Source: an uncultured Acidimicrobiaceae bacterium
Lineage (GTDB): Bacteria; Actinomycetota; Acidimicrobiia; Acidimicrobiales; UBA8190
DNA length: 64,000 nucleotides
Assembly (NCBI GenBank): GCA_963737015.1
Contig: CAVTQZ010000001.1
Span: forward strand, 1,375,772-1,439,771
Direction of reading: 5' to 3'
Below, piece by piece: positions 28,564 to 38,452 of this stretch. Under the pieces are notes generated by a model, which saw only the letters and a list, made by a program, of their open reading frames with translations, made no database searches and had not been told where the DNA came from. Each line of letters begins with the position of its first letter. The stretch's first letter is position 1. The position numbers and the translations under genes are program-made.

Positions 28564-29282
28564 CTATCTGTCCGATTGCTTCGCGCATTCGATCACTGAC
28601 AGAGATTGCCGATCTTCGTCTGCGTCGGCGACGAACACGGCGAACTCGTCTCCTCCCATTCGGGCAACGACGTCACCCGAGCGCGCGGTACCGGCACATG
28701 CTCTGGCAACGCCTTTGAGGAGACGATCACCTGCGTCGTGGCCTCGCGTGTCGTTGACTGCCTTCAAGTTACCTCGACGTCGATCGAGAGCATCACGAAC
28801 GGCCTACGGCCTCGTCTGAGCCTGACTGCTTCGTCGAACTCCCGGCGATTCGACAATCCCGTGAGGGGATCGGTTCTCGCTTGGATGACGAGCTTGGCCT
28901 CATGAGCTGCGACGCGGTCTCGGAGTCCGTGGATCGCGACGGAGAGCACGACCCCTAGCGCAGCCCACAGGATGAGCACTCGCACCAGCACGACGACGCC
29001 CGTGTGGTGCAACACAGAGATGACCAATAGAGAGGCGAGCATCGAAGCCACCGTCGCCGCCGAATCGAGCTTCGTAGCCCTGATCGCAACCGAGATCACC
29101 GGAACGAGCAGCACGATCGAGAGTCCCGAATGGGAGTCAGCCTGCGACAGGGTCAGGAGCGTCGCCGACACTATGTAGGCGTGAGGGACCGTTCGGAGGA
29201 GCCACTTCGGCTGGCGACCTGAAAGGGCCAAGAACGGGCCGAGAGATGCAACGAGCAACGCGAAGCTCAAGGCGAACAGCAA
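28564..29282 (-). pseudogene. Membrane-anchored GGDEF diguanylate cyclase, interrupted by a single-base frameshift inside the GGDEF domain
   Basis: ORF 28764..29282 has N-terminal TM helices, RTDPLTGLSNRREFDE and ...MLSIDVEVT*. ORF 28564..28767 continues KAVNDTRGHDAGDRLL...GGDEFAV. The third frame reads GNLKAVND; the frames meet in rc gaggtaacttgaagg (~28764-28778). Confidence 0.6.
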
Positions 29283-29500
29283 GGGGTCGCCGATCCCGGC
29301 TCGCTCACCGGAGCCTTATTGGCGCCCGCCGACGGGCTCCTAAGCCACCAAAACCTCAACTTCCAGTGCCGGGCCTGCGAACTCGGAACGGCTCTGTTCG
29401 CTGTTCCTGGTTAGGGTTTTGGACTGTGAGGAAGCTGTCTGAGATCGGCGGTAAACGGTTTCCGTTCCTGCGTTGGTCGGCTTGGCGGATGGCACTCGGT

Positions 29501-30196
29501 ATGCGCCACCTGACCCGGAACTGGCAGGTGGGCGATGGACGCGAAGACGCCCTCGCCCGGTTCGTGATCGAGAGCACTGCGCCTGGAGATCTGGAAGCAG
29601 CGATCGCCGCCGTGGACCGCTTCTGCTACGAGCGCAGCGTCATGATGAACGTCGGGGACGAGAAGGGAACGATTCTCGACGCAGCCATCAAAAGGGCTCA
29701 GCCATCGCGACTCATGGAGCTGGGTACCTATTGCGGATACAGCGCCTTGCGTTCAATTCGAGCCATGCCGGCCGACGCACACCTCTACTGTGTCGAGTTC
29801 TCGCCTGACAACGCGCAGATCGCCACGACGATCATGAAGCATGTCGGGGTGGACGACCGTGCGACGGTGATCGTGGGTGCCATTGGCGACGGTCGAACCC
29901 CCGACATTCTCGAACAGGAGCACGGTTTTGGTCCGAACTGCCTCGACTTCGTATTCCTGGACCACGACAAAGCCGCGTACCTGCCCGACATTCAGCTGAT
30001 CGTCGACCGTGGCTGGCTCAAACACGGGGCTCTGGCGGTGGCCGACAACGTGCGTGTACCAGGGGCACCCCAGTACCGGAAGTACATGCGGGAAGAAGAG
30101 GGTCGTAAATGGCGCACGATCGAGCACCGGACTCACGTCGAGTACCAGTCAATGATTCGGGACCTGGTGCTCGAGTCCGACTACCTCGGGAGCTGA
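29501..30196 (+). CDS. Catechol-O-methyltransferase-like class I SAM-dependent O-methyltransferase
   Basis: Colinear similarity to COMT (ALARFVIE...CYERSVMMNVGDEKG...LELGTYCGYSA...VFLDHDKAAYLPD...LAVADNV...PGAP). Alternative starts GTG 29426, ATG 29489. Confidence 0.7.
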   Translation: MRHLTRNWQVGDGREDALARFVIESTAPGDLEAAIAAVDRFCYERSVMMNVGDEKGTILDAAIKRAQPSRLMELGTYCGYSALRSIRAMPADAHLYCVEFSPDNAQIATTIMKHVGVDDRATVIVGAIGDGRTPDILEQEHGFGPNCLDFVFLDHDKAAYLPDIQLIVDRGWLKHGALAVADNVRVPGAPQYRKYMREEEGRKWRTIEHRTHVEYQSMIRDLVLESDYLGS

Positions 30197-30246
30197 CCTT
30201 TTTCAGCAGGCCCAAGCTCGATGTTGCTACGGCACCGCTTGAACAA

Positions 30247-30561
30247 TCAGAAGAGCGAGGTTGACGCTCCGACTTCCTGCATCGCCTGATCCATCGGAAG
30301 AGACGGAAGGACACGTACGCGGTTCCATTGGGGGAGCCGAGACTCCATAAGGAAGTTGTCGAGGCTCTCGGCACGGTCAGCCTCAACGATTACGACCGCG
30401 ACGTGCTCCCTGCTCACAAATGGACCCGCAAGAATCTTCACCTGGTTCTGCTCGGCGAGCTTCGGGATCTGTGGACCGATTTCCAGCAACAGCGCTTTCG
30501 TCTTGGCGTTGCTGGTGGGACAGATCTCACCCGCGTGCTCGGCCAGAATGACGTAGTGCAT
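30247..30561 (-). CDS. Hypothetical small protein (~105 aa)
   Basis: MHYVILAEHAGEICPTSN... with coding-like composition; no confident family. Confidence 0.35.
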   Translation of the reverse strand: MHYVILAEHAGEICPTSNAKTKALLLEIGPQIPKLAEQNQVKILAGPFVSREHVAVVIVEADRAESLDNFLMESRLPQWNRVRVLPSLPMDQAMQEVGASTSLF

Positions 30562-30782
30562 GAGTTCCCCCTTCCTCAATGCTGCTGGTCCAGCAGTCTC
30601 GGTATCCCTCGAGGCGCTGTCAAGAGGTTCGCCGCGAGATACCTCCTGATCAGCCCTTGAAGCAGAGCCGGTGGCCCGACAGAGCCCTTACGTCGACATC
30701 GCGCAGGCACGTACTGGTTCGGGAGAGCTTCGCCATGCCGGTTCGGCTACCAGACAGACCGAGGCGCGCGAGAATCGCCGAG

Positions 30783-31262
30783 ATGACCGAACGCCTGGAG
30801 GTACAGAGAGCGATCGCGGCCGAACCGGCGGCGATCTTCCGCGTGTTGAGCGATCCGCGCGGGCATGTCGCGATCGACAGCTCGGGGATGTTGATGGAAG
30901 CGAGCGGAGACCCGGTCGCCTCCGTGGGAGACAGCTTCGTCGTCCACATGGACCGCGAAGCTCTTGGCGACTACCCGCTCGGCTTGTACGACGTGACCGT
31001 GAAAATCGTGAAGCTGGAGCCCGATCGTGAGATCGCATGGACCGTTGAAGGTCAGCTCAACCTTGGACATGTCTACGGTTACAAGCTCGAGGCCTTCGAG
31101 GGAGGGACACTCGTAACCTCGTACTACGACTGGTCTGCAGTCGAGCAGAACTGGAAGGACGCTGCAATCTTCCCGGTAGTTCCGGAAGGGGCCCTGCGAG
31201 CGACGCTCGGGATCCTCTCGAGGACCGTGGCGCCCGGACGAGCCAGACCCGCCGTGCCCTAG
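30783..31262 (+). CDS. SRPBCC family protein (paralog of 5003..5463)
   Basis: MTERLEVQRAIAAEPAAIFRVLSDPRGHVAIDSSG parallels the N-terminus of the 5003 ORF. Upstream in-frame ATG at 30735 is possible. Confidence 0.6.
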   Translation: MTERLEVQRAIAAEPAAIFRVLSDPRGHVAIDSSGMLMEASGDPVASVGDSFVVHMDREALGDYPLGLYDVTVKIVKLEPDREIAWTVEGQLNLGHVYGYKLEAFEGGTLVTSYYDWSAVEQNWKDAAIFPVVPEGALRATLGILSRTVAPGRARPAVP

Positions 31263-31292
31263 TGGATCGCTGAAAGCCAGGACATCAAGTTG

Positions 31293-32708
31293 CTAGGAGC
31301 GCGCCTCATCGTTTCCTTGATCTACCGCCGGCCGCGATTCACGATGAGGGCCTTTGCTGTGCGCCGCGGCACCAGTTTCATCTCCTCTGGTAGCCGACAC
31401 TGCGGGTACTGACTTCCGAAGGCTCTCGTATATCGATACTCCCTGGCTCACCAAGCCTGCCACGACCTGATTGACCCCTTCGGTCCCGTTAAGGATCGTC
31501 ATACTCGAACCCGCTACACCTTTTGCGGCTTCACCGACAAGCGTCGGGAGCGCATCGATCAGCTTGTTGGCCGCGATCAGCGCTTGATTTCCGTCGCTTA
31601 GCGCGTCAGCACGGACATTGATCGCCTCGGCCTCCGCTGCTGCGACGGTGCGCTGCGCATAGGCATCTCCATCCGCCTCACGCTTCTTGGCCTCGGCATC
31701 CGCGGCTGCCCTCGTCTTTTGGGCGTCGGCTCCTGCTTCTGCCATCGTGCGTTGCCTGTTTGCTTCGGCTTCCGTGCTGAACTTCACGGTATCTCTATTA
31801 GCCTCCGCAAGGGTTCGCTGACGGAAAGCCTCAGCCTCCGTCTCCGCCTTCACCTTGTCCCGATCAGCGTCTGCAAGCGTCCTCGTCTTATAGGCCTCGG
31901 CATCAGCCGGCCGCCGCACCTCGGATTCCAGGCGCTTGTCGGTGAGCTGAGCTTGACGTTCGGCAAGCGCCGTCTGCTGCTCTGTGACCTCTTGCGATGC
32001 TGAAGCCTGTGCCAATGGACCAGCTTGAGCCGCGTTCGCTTTGGCTTGTTCGGTCTCGGCCTCAAAGCCCGCTTGCTTGATGGTCGTATCGCGTACGTAT
32101 TGTGCCTTTAAAGCTGCCGCCTCCTGTTCTCGCTGAGTTGCTTCTTGGTCGGCCTGCGCCTGTGCAATCCGAGCATTCTTTTGCACCGCAGCCATGTGGG
32201 GTGCGGCGATGTTGTTTATGTACCCAGATGGGTCACCCACTTCTTGGATTTGAAATGCGTCGACAACGAGGCCGAGTTTCTCCATCTCGTCCGATGAGGC
32301 TGCCTTGACTTCCTGAGCCAGACTATTTCGATCGGTGATGATCTTTTCGACCGTGAGGCCGCCGACGATCGACCGCAGGTGGCCGGCGAGGATCTGACCT
32401 ACAAGGGACTGCAGTTGGTCCTGCTGATCGAGGAATCGCCGAGCAGCATTGGCTATGGACTGGAAATCATCAGCAACCTTGAAGACCGCAACCGCCTGGA
32501 CGGTCAGGGGTATTCCCTGACTGGTCACACAGTTCTCTTGGAGCTCGGCCTCATAGAGGTCGAGAGAAAGGATGCGCGCTCTCGAACGCCATGGTGCGAC
32601 GAAGGTGCCATGACCCGTCACGATTCGGAACTGGGCGCCATCCACACGACCCTTGGCTCCCGATATGACTAGTGCTTGGTTTGGTTCTGGGATTCGGTAG
32701 AAAAACAT
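31293..32708 (-). CDS. Flotillin / SPFH (band 7) domain protein
   Basis: N-terminal SPFH domain followed by a long Ala/Glu/Gln-rich coiled-coil (EA repeats); 471 aa. Confidence 0.8.
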   Translation of the reverse strand: MFFYRIPEPNQALVISGAKGRVDGAQFRIVTGHGTFVAPWRSRARILSLDLYEAELQENCVTSQGIPLTVQAVAVFKVADDFQSIANAARRFLDQQDQLQSLVGQILAGHLRSIVGGLTVEKIITDRNSLAQEVKAASSDEMEKLGLVVDAFQIQEVGDPSGYINNIAAPHMAAVQKNARIAQAQADQEATQREQEAAALKAQYVRDTTIKQAGFEAETEQAKANAAQAGPLAQASASQEVTEQQTALAERQAQLTDKRLESEVRRPADAEAYKTRTLADADRDKVKAETEAEAFRQRTLAEANRDTVKFSTEAEANRQRTMAEAGADAQKTRAAADAEAKKREADGDAYAQRTVAAAEAEAINVRADALSDGNQALIAANKLIDALPTLVGEAAKGVAGSSMTILNGTEGVNQVVAGLVSQGVSIYESLRKSVPAVSATRGDETGAAAHSKGPHRESRPAVDQGNDEARS

Positions 32709-32732
32709 GGCTGAACCTTTCGTCGCGAAAGA

Positions 32733-32945
32733 TCAATATCCAGCAGCGGTAACGAGAACTGTACGAGGTCCTGTTTGCTCGACGACAACGATTCTTGCGT
32801 TCTTACTCAGAGATTCGCCACCTTGGGTGTATGCCGTGAAAGCTTCCGATCCGCCTCGAATGCTCAAGATGACTTCTCCCGCCCCGTCTGGCGGTATCGG
32901 AACCGACACACGTCCCACCATCCCGGTCGTATCGTCATCCATCAT
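32733..32945 (-). CDS. NfeD-like small OB-fold protein (flotillin partner)
   Basis: 70 aa (GRVSVPIPPDGAGEVILSIRGGSEAFTAYT...IVVVEQTGP) directly upstream of the flotillin gene. Confidence 0.5.
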   Translation of the reverse strand: MMDDDTTGMVGRVSVPIPPDGAGEVILSIRGGSEAFTAYTQGGESLSKNARIVVVEQTGPRTVLVTAAGY

Positions 32946-32978
32946 CGGCGTGATGCAATCCTTCTCTCATTACAACGC

Positions 32979-34505
32979 TCAAGTCGCTCGGCTCGATCCA
33001 CTCAGGGCTGGGATCCGGGTGCCGTCGACGTTCTCGAGCTCGACTCCCAGCAGGCCCGCGACTGTCGGGGCGATGTCTGCCACGGCAACGGTGTCGGGAA
33101 AGCCGCCGCGGCGGACATCAGGACCCGTGGCGACCAAAAGCCCGCTTGGCCGGTGATCCCCGCTTCGTAGGTCTCGGCTCTCCCATCCGACCCTACCCGT
33201 GCGTGCCGAAGTGAGAGCAGCGATGGGGAATTCGTCGTTCCACTCGACGATCAGGTCGGGCAACTGCTGCAGATGTTCCCCTTCGTAGACGTCGCCGGCC
33301 CGCAGAACTCGGCGAACTGCAGGCTCTCCAGTATTCGCGTTTACCAATTCCCGGAGGCCAGCGGACAAAGACTCGCAATATTCGTCGTACTCCTCGCCAC
33401 CGTGTACGAGGCCGTTCGGTTCGCGACCGACCAGGTTGACACGAATCGCACCGCTCGTATTGTTGTGGACGGCGAATGACCGGCGCGTAGCCAGTTTTGC
33501 CTCTTCGTTTGCGTGAGACAACGAGGGAAGTCGGTCACGAACCCTGCTGGCGGCACGACGCGCGGGCGCTGGAAGCCGGCGAGCTGAAGCGGCTGGAGAC
33601 CACCTCCTCCAATGGCGTGCGATGGACTGCTCGTCGACGTCGAGACGCCGTAGAACCTCGTCCAAGAGATGGTTGCCGCTGTGATTGGGCCCCATGCCGT
33701 GACTGAGTAGCACGATGCAAACGGTTTCGCGATCGAGCTGTTCCAGGAGCTCCCCCAGAGCAGTGTCTATCTCGGCATAGACGATCTCGACCGGGTCGGC
33801 TCCCACGTTCGCACTGAATGACGCGTCGTGTGCCTCATGACTCGGATCGTGTATGTGCCAGCAATTGTGTCCAACGCAATGCGCTTCGCTGAAGACGTAG
33901 AAGAAGAGGTCCCAGTCGTCGCGTTCGAGGATCCAGGCAGCGATCTCTCGGCGGAGGCGCACGGCTTTCCTCAGGTTGTCGGAGAACCGAACCCAGTCCG
34001 ACGGGGTGTCTCGTGGACCTCCGCAGTTCCACCCCACGGGATGCGTCCCGAAACGGGCCTCGAGCTCCGAGGCGAACGAAGGCGGCCAGGTCCCGAACTG
34101 CTGGTCCGCCGAGCAGCCTCCCCATCCCACCACATGAACACCGTTGATCCCACGGCTGACGCTGGAATGGGGCACGTCGATTACTGCAGTTCGCAAACCC
34201 GCACGGCTGAGTGTCTGCCAGAACGGCTCAGCCGCGAGCTGTGCCGGGTCGAAATACCGAGTGGTGTAGGTCCCTACCACGAGCTGGCGGTCCGAGTAAC
34301 GACCGTGGCCGGCCGGGGACTTTCCGGTGAAGATCGATGGCCACACACCTCCGACGTACAGACCCGGAAGAGCCTCTATCTCCGACCTTGCTCCTTGTTC
34401 CAACATCGAAGCGAGATTGGGCATTCTGCCCGAGGCCGCCAGTCTCAACGCAAGGCTCGGCTCGCATGAGTCGAGCCCTAACACCATTACCCGGGTACTG
34501 GTCAT
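32979..34505 (-). CDS. Alkaline-phosphatase-superfamily nucleotide pyrophosphatase/phosphodiesterase-like protein
   Basis: 508 aa: LGLDSCEP, GHGR, SHGMGPN metal-site-like motifs of type I phosphodiesterase/AlkP-core enzymes. Confidence 0.7.
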   Translation of the reverse strand: MTSTRVMVLGLDSCEPSLALRLAASGRMPNLASMLEQGARSEIEALPGLYVGGVWPSIFTGKSPAGHGRYSDRQLVVGTYTTRYFDPAQLAAEPFWQTLSRAGLRTAVIDVPHSSVSRGINGVHVVGWGGCSADQQFGTWPPSFASELEARFGTHPVGWNCGGPRDTPSDWVRFSDNLRKAVRLRREIAAWILERDDWDLFFYVFSEAHCVGHNCWHIHDPSHEAHDASFSANVGADPVEIVYAEIDTALGELLEQLDRETVCIVLLSHGMGPNHSGNHLLDEVLRRLDVDEQSIARHWRRWSPAASARRLPAPARRAASRVRDRLPSLSHANEEAKLATRRSFAVHNNTSGAIRVNLVGREPNGLVHGGEEYDEYCESLSAGLRELVNANTGEPAVRRVLRAGDVYEGEHLQQLPDLIVEWNDEFPIAALTSARTGRVGWESRDLRSGDHRPSGLLVATGPDVRRGGFPDTVAVADIAPTVAGLLGVELENVDGTRIPALSGSSRAT

Positions 34506-34592
34506 GAGATGGCCTGAAGGAGCGCAGGTGACATTTTCATCAAGGTCCGCGTTGCGGCATCGGACCTGATCGTTAGCTTCTTCGGCACTGAG

Positions 34593-34665
34593 AGCGGACG
34601 ACGGGATTCGAACCCGCGACCCTCACCTTGGCAAGGTGATGCTCTACCAACTGAGCCACGTCCGC
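34593..34665 (-). tRNA. tRNA-Gly (anticodon GCC)
   Basis: rc reads gcggacgtggctcagttggtagagcatcaccttGCCaaggtgagggtcgcgggttcgaatcccgtcgtccgct. Cloverleaf with a 7-bp acceptor stem and T-loop ggttcgaatcc; CCA is not encoded. Confidence 0.85.
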
Positions 34666-34699
34666 GTGTAGCAGATCCTACCTCGGCCTTCTTGGCGTC

Positions 34700-36196
34700 T
34701 CAGGCCCAGTGCTGACCAGTCCGCTGGGAAGCTTTCAGCAGCTCGCAAAGGCTGTCTGTGAACAATTGAGCGACATGCCCGACCTCCGGAACGAGGCCGC
34801 GACAACCGAGCAGTCCCCCATAGACGGTCCCTGCGTAGCTCATGGCGGTCACGTTCAGACCGACTCCTTCGACGATCGGCCCGACCGGATATACGGCGAC
34901 CATCCGCGATCCGGCGAACCACAGGGGATCCTCGGGTCCGGGGATGTTCGACACGATGACGTTGAACAGAGGCCGGAAGTGGTCGAAGACACGCAAGTTG
35001 CCAGCGAGACGTGCGAGGCGTGAGGACAGAGCAGGGAATGCGAGCTGGGCCCAGCCACCGATCACGTCGTCGGATAGCACCTGCGCCTGTCCCTTAGCGA
35101 GGCGCGTGCTCTCGGCGATCAGCCGTAAACGCTCCACCGGATCGGCGACCGACGTGGCGAGTGACACGAGCATTGCCGACACCTTGTTGCCGATTGCATC
35201 GACACGTTCGACCGGCTCGACGGGCTCTCCCCCGTCTTCGCCGCTTCGGGCATCGCGACCGGCGTCGCCCTTGCGACCCGAGACTGGGACCATCGCGATC
35301 AAAGGGTCGCCGAGCCTCTCACCCCGCTCGATCAGGAGTCTTCGGAGCGCACCCGACACAGCAGCGAGAAGGACATCGTTCACGGTCCCGCCGAAGTTGC
35401 TCTTCACGCTCCGAAGATCGTCCAGTGGTGCCTGCACGAACGCGATCCGCCGTTGGGAGGAGATCGTTCCGTTCAGCGAGGTTCTCGGTGCTCGGAACGG
35501 CGCGGGTGGCGGCTCCATCTCATCCTCTTCGCGCAGGCGCCGGTTGCGCTCTGCGAGCTGACGCATCGCGCCGACGGTCTTCTTCAATGAATCGACGGAA
35601 CGCTCCGGGTGCCGCAGCCACGACGAGAGTCCCCCCACCATGAGCTCGGCATCGCTCGGGAGCTGAGCGCGGCGTGGTCGCGGCTGGAACGAGGTTGGTT
35701 CGAACGAGGCTCGCTGCGGGTCCACATCCAGGAACGCCGCCATCACCTCCGCCCCGGAGACACCGTCGATCAGCGCGTGATGGAGCTTCGGGACGACCGC
35801 CACATGACCCGACTCCAGGCCTTCCACCACGTGCATCTCCCAGAGGGGTCTCGTCGAATCGAGCGGACGGGCGACCAGTTCCGACACGAGGGAGGCGAGC
35901 TCGGCGGGCCCGCCCGGCGCGGGAAGGCTCCACCGATGCAGGTGGGAATCGAGATCGAAGTCGGGGTCCTCCACCCACACGGGGTGGTTGATTCCGAACG
36001 GGACCCTGAGCGCTCGCTCTTTGAGCGACGGAACGAGGTGCATCCTGTCAGAGACGAGCAGCCGCACCTGATCGAAAAAGGGAACCTCCGCGGGCTCGTC
36101 CCGAGGTTCGAAAACCATGACGGCACAGACATGCATGTGCATCGCCGGTGTCTCCATCGCGAGGAAGGAAGCATCCATTCCGTTCATCCGTCGCAC
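34700..36196 (-). CDS. Wax ester synthase / diacylglycerol acyltransferase (WS/DGAT) family acyltransferase
   Basis: HHALIDG catalytic motif and ~490-aa length. Start ATG at 36196, 36187 or 36178. Confidence 0.8.
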   Translation of the reverse strand: MRRMNGMDASFLAMETPAMHMHVCAVMVFEPRDEPAEVPFFDQVRLLVSDRMHLVPSLKERALRVPFGINHPVWVEDPDFDLDSHLHRWSLPAPGGPAELASLVSELVARPLDSTRPLWEMHVVEGLESGHVAVVPKLHHALIDGVSGAEVMAAFLDVDPQRASFEPTSFQPRPRRAQLPSDAELMVGGLSSWLRHPERSVDSLKKTVGAMRQLAERNRRLREEDEMEPPPAPFRAPRTSLNGTISSQRRIAFVQAPLDDLRSVKSNFGGTVNDVLLAAVSGALRRLLIERGERLGDPLIAMVPVSGRKGDAGRDARSGEDGGEPVEPVERVDAIGNKVSAMLVSLATSVADPVERLRLIAESTRLAKGQAQVLSDDVIGGWAQLAFPALSSRLARLAGNLRVFDHFRPLFNVIVSNIPGPEDPLWFAGSRMVAVYPVGPIVEGVGLNVTAMSYAGTVYGGLLGCRGLVPEVGHVAQLFTDSLCELLKASQRTGQHWA

Positions 36197-36210
36197 CTGG
36201 CGGTTCCTTC

Positions 36211-36648
36211 CTACCGGCCCGTATGCCCGAAGCCGCCTAAGCCCCTCGAGCTGCCGGGAAGTTCGTCACCCTGCACGAATTTCACTTCCTCCACCGATTG
36301 AATGACCAACTGGGCGATTCTGTCGCCACGCCTCACCTCGTAGGAGCTCTGCGGGTCCGTGTTCACCAGCAAGACTCGCAGCTCGTCGCGATAGCCCGAG
36401 TCGATCAAGCCCGGTGTGTTCAGGCACGTGACGCCGTGACGCAGAGCGAGCCCGCTTCGCGGTTGCACGAATCCTGCATAACCCCGAGGAATCGCGATCG
36501 CCACACCCGTGGGCACCAGGGCGCGCCCGCCTCCAGGTGCCAGCGTTGCCGCTTCACGGGCGTAGAGGTCGGCGCCCGCATCGCCTTCATGCGCGTACGA
36601 GGGAACGGGGAGCTCCGGGTCGATCTTCACGAGGGGCACCTCGAGCAC
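36211..36648 (-). CDS. dut: dUTP diphosphatase
   Basis: 145 aa; AGADLYA, RSGLAL and GLIDSGYRDE motifs. Directly upstream of the WS/DGAT gene. Confidence 0.85.
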   Translation of the reverse strand: MLEVPLVKIDPELPVPSYAHEGDAGADLYAREAATLAPGGGRALVPTGVAIAIPRGYAGFVQPRSGLALRHGVTCLNTPGLIDSGYRDELRVLLVNTDPQSSYEVRRGDRIAQLVIQSVEEVKFVQGDELPGSSRGLGGFGHTGR

Positions 36649-36727
36649 CGCCCGACGATACTGCCGAGGTCTCCTCGCAGGTGCTTTCCCTTCGGCCCCG
36701 AAGGAATGGGCCTATAGCATCGCTTGA

Positions 36728-37348
36728 ATGCTCGTCTGGATGGACCTAGAGATGACAGGTCTCGACCCGGAGCGTCACACGATCGTCGAGATCGCGACGC
36801 TCGTGACCGACGATTCGCTGAACATCGTCGCGGAAGGTCCGGACCTCGTGATCCACGCCGACGAGACGCAGCTCGCAGCGATGGAGCCGGTCGTGCGGGA
36901 GATGCACACGCGCTCAGGCCTCCTTGCAGCGATCCAGGCATCGGAGGTCTCGCTCGAGGACGCTGCGCGTGGCAGCCTGGACTTCATAAAGGCTCACGTG
37001 TCCGAGGCCAGAAAGGTTCCCCTCTGCGGGAACTCGATCGGCACCGACCGCCGTTTTCTCGCGGCCTACATGCCGGAGATAGAAGACTGGCTGCACTACC
37101 GGTCGGTCGACGTCTCGACGGTGAAGGAACTCTGTCGGCGCTGGTATCCCGAGGCTTTGTCAGGGGCCCCCTCCAAGAAGACGACCCATCGCGCCCTCGA
37201 CGACATCCGCGAATCCGTACAGGAGCTCGCTTATTACCGCCAGGCGATCTTCGCTCAGAAGACCTCTGCCGAGAGACCGACGCCCGCCACCGAGTCGGCG
37301 ACCACCCCCGAGCGGTCGGCGACCACCCCAGAGCCCAATCCGTCCTGA
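36728..37348 (+). CDS. orn: Oligoribonuclease (DEDDh 3'-5' exonuclease)
   Basis: LVWMDLEMTGLDP...GNSIGTDRRFL...HRALDDIRES motifs (exo I-III). Confidence 0.85.
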   Translation: MLVWMDLEMTGLDPERHTIVEIATLVTDDSLNIVAEGPDLVIHADETQLAAMEPVVREMHTRSGLLAAIQASEVSLEDAARGSLDFIKAHVSEARKVPLCGNSIGTDRRFLAAYMPEIEDWLHYRSVDVSTVKELCRRWYPEALSGAPSKKTTHRALDDIRESVQELAYYRQAIFAQKTSAERPTPATESATTPERSATTPEPNPS

Positions 37349-37376
37349 AGCGAGCAGAAAGAAAGAGGAAAAGCCG

Positions 37377-38450
37377 ATGGAGATGCGAACGCTCGGCAAG
37401 ACCGGGATCAAGGTCTCACCGATCTGTCTCGGGGCGATGATGCTCGGAAGTTGGGGGAACCCCGACCACGAGGAATCGATACGCATCATCCACGCTGCCC
37501 TCGACTCCGGCATCAACTTCGTCGACACGGCCGACGTCTACTCCTCGGGGGAGTCCGAAGAAATCGTCGGCAAGGCGCTGTCGGGAGGCAGGCGCGACGG
37601 CGTCGTGCTCGCCACGAAGTTCCACGCGCCGATGGGCGCCGACCCGAACATGGCGGGCAACTCGAGGCGTTGGATCGTCCGCGAGGTCGAGAACAGCCTG
37701 CGGCGGCTCAGGACCGACTGGATCGACCTCTACCAGGTCCACCGCCCGGACCCGTCTTGCGACATCGATGACACGCTCGGGGCGCTTTCGGATCTGGTCC
37801 ACCAGGGAAAGGTCCGCGTCATCGGTTCCTCGACCTTTCCGGCCGAGCAGATCGTGGAGGCGCAGTGGACGGCGGAGCGACGCGGCCGGGAGCGCTTCCA
37901 ATGCGAGCAGCCGCCGTATTCGATCTTCGCCCGCGGTGTCGAAGCCGCCGTGCTACCGACCTGCGCGCGCTACGGGATGGGGGTGATCGTCTGGAGCCCG
38001 CTCAACGGTGGGTGGCTCACCGGTCGCTACCGCCAGGGCTCCCCCATGCCCGAGGGCGGCCGGGCGAGCCGTATCCCGGCAAGGTTCGACACTGCCCGTC
38101 GCTCGGTCCAGGCGAAGCTGGCGGCCGTAGAGGACCTTTCGCAACTGGCGGGCAAGGTCGGCGCTCCCCTCACCCACCTCGCCGTTGCGTTCGTGCTCGC
38201 CCACCCCGCCGTCACCTCCGCGATCGTCGGGCCGCGGACGATGGAGCACCTTCTCGGCGTCCTCGGGGCCACCGACGTCACCCTCTCGGACGAGGTTCTC
38301 GACCAGATCGACGAGGTAGTCGCCCCAGGAAGGAACGTCGACAAGAGTGACGCCGGTTGGACCCCACCGGCCCTCGAGAAGCCTTGGTTGCGCAGGCGCC
38401 CCGTTGCGGCTCGCTCCGGGGCGGGCACCGGTGCTGAGGCACACTCCTAG
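37377..38450 (+). CDS. Aldo/keto reductase
   Basis: MEMRTLGKTGIKVSPICLGAMMLG...INFVDTADVY; 357 aa. Confidence 0.85.
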   Translation: MEMRTLGKTGIKVSPICLGAMMLGSWGNPDHEESIRIIHAALDSGINFVDTADVYSSGESEEIVGKALSGGRRDGVVLATKFHAPMGADPNMAGNSRRWIVREVENSLRRLRTDWIDLYQVHRPDPSCDIDDTLGALSDLVHQGKVRVIGSSTFPAEQIVEAQWTAERRGRERFQCEQPPYSIFARGVEAAVLPTCARYGMGVIVWSPLNGGWLTGRYRQGSPMPEGGRASRIPARFDTARRSVQAKLAAVEDLSQLAGKVGAPLTHLAVAFVLAHPAVTSAIVGPRTMEHLLGVLGATDVTLSDEVLDQIDEVVAPGRNVDKSDAGWTPPALEKPWLRRRPVAARSGAGTGAEAHS

Positions 38451-38452
38451 CC

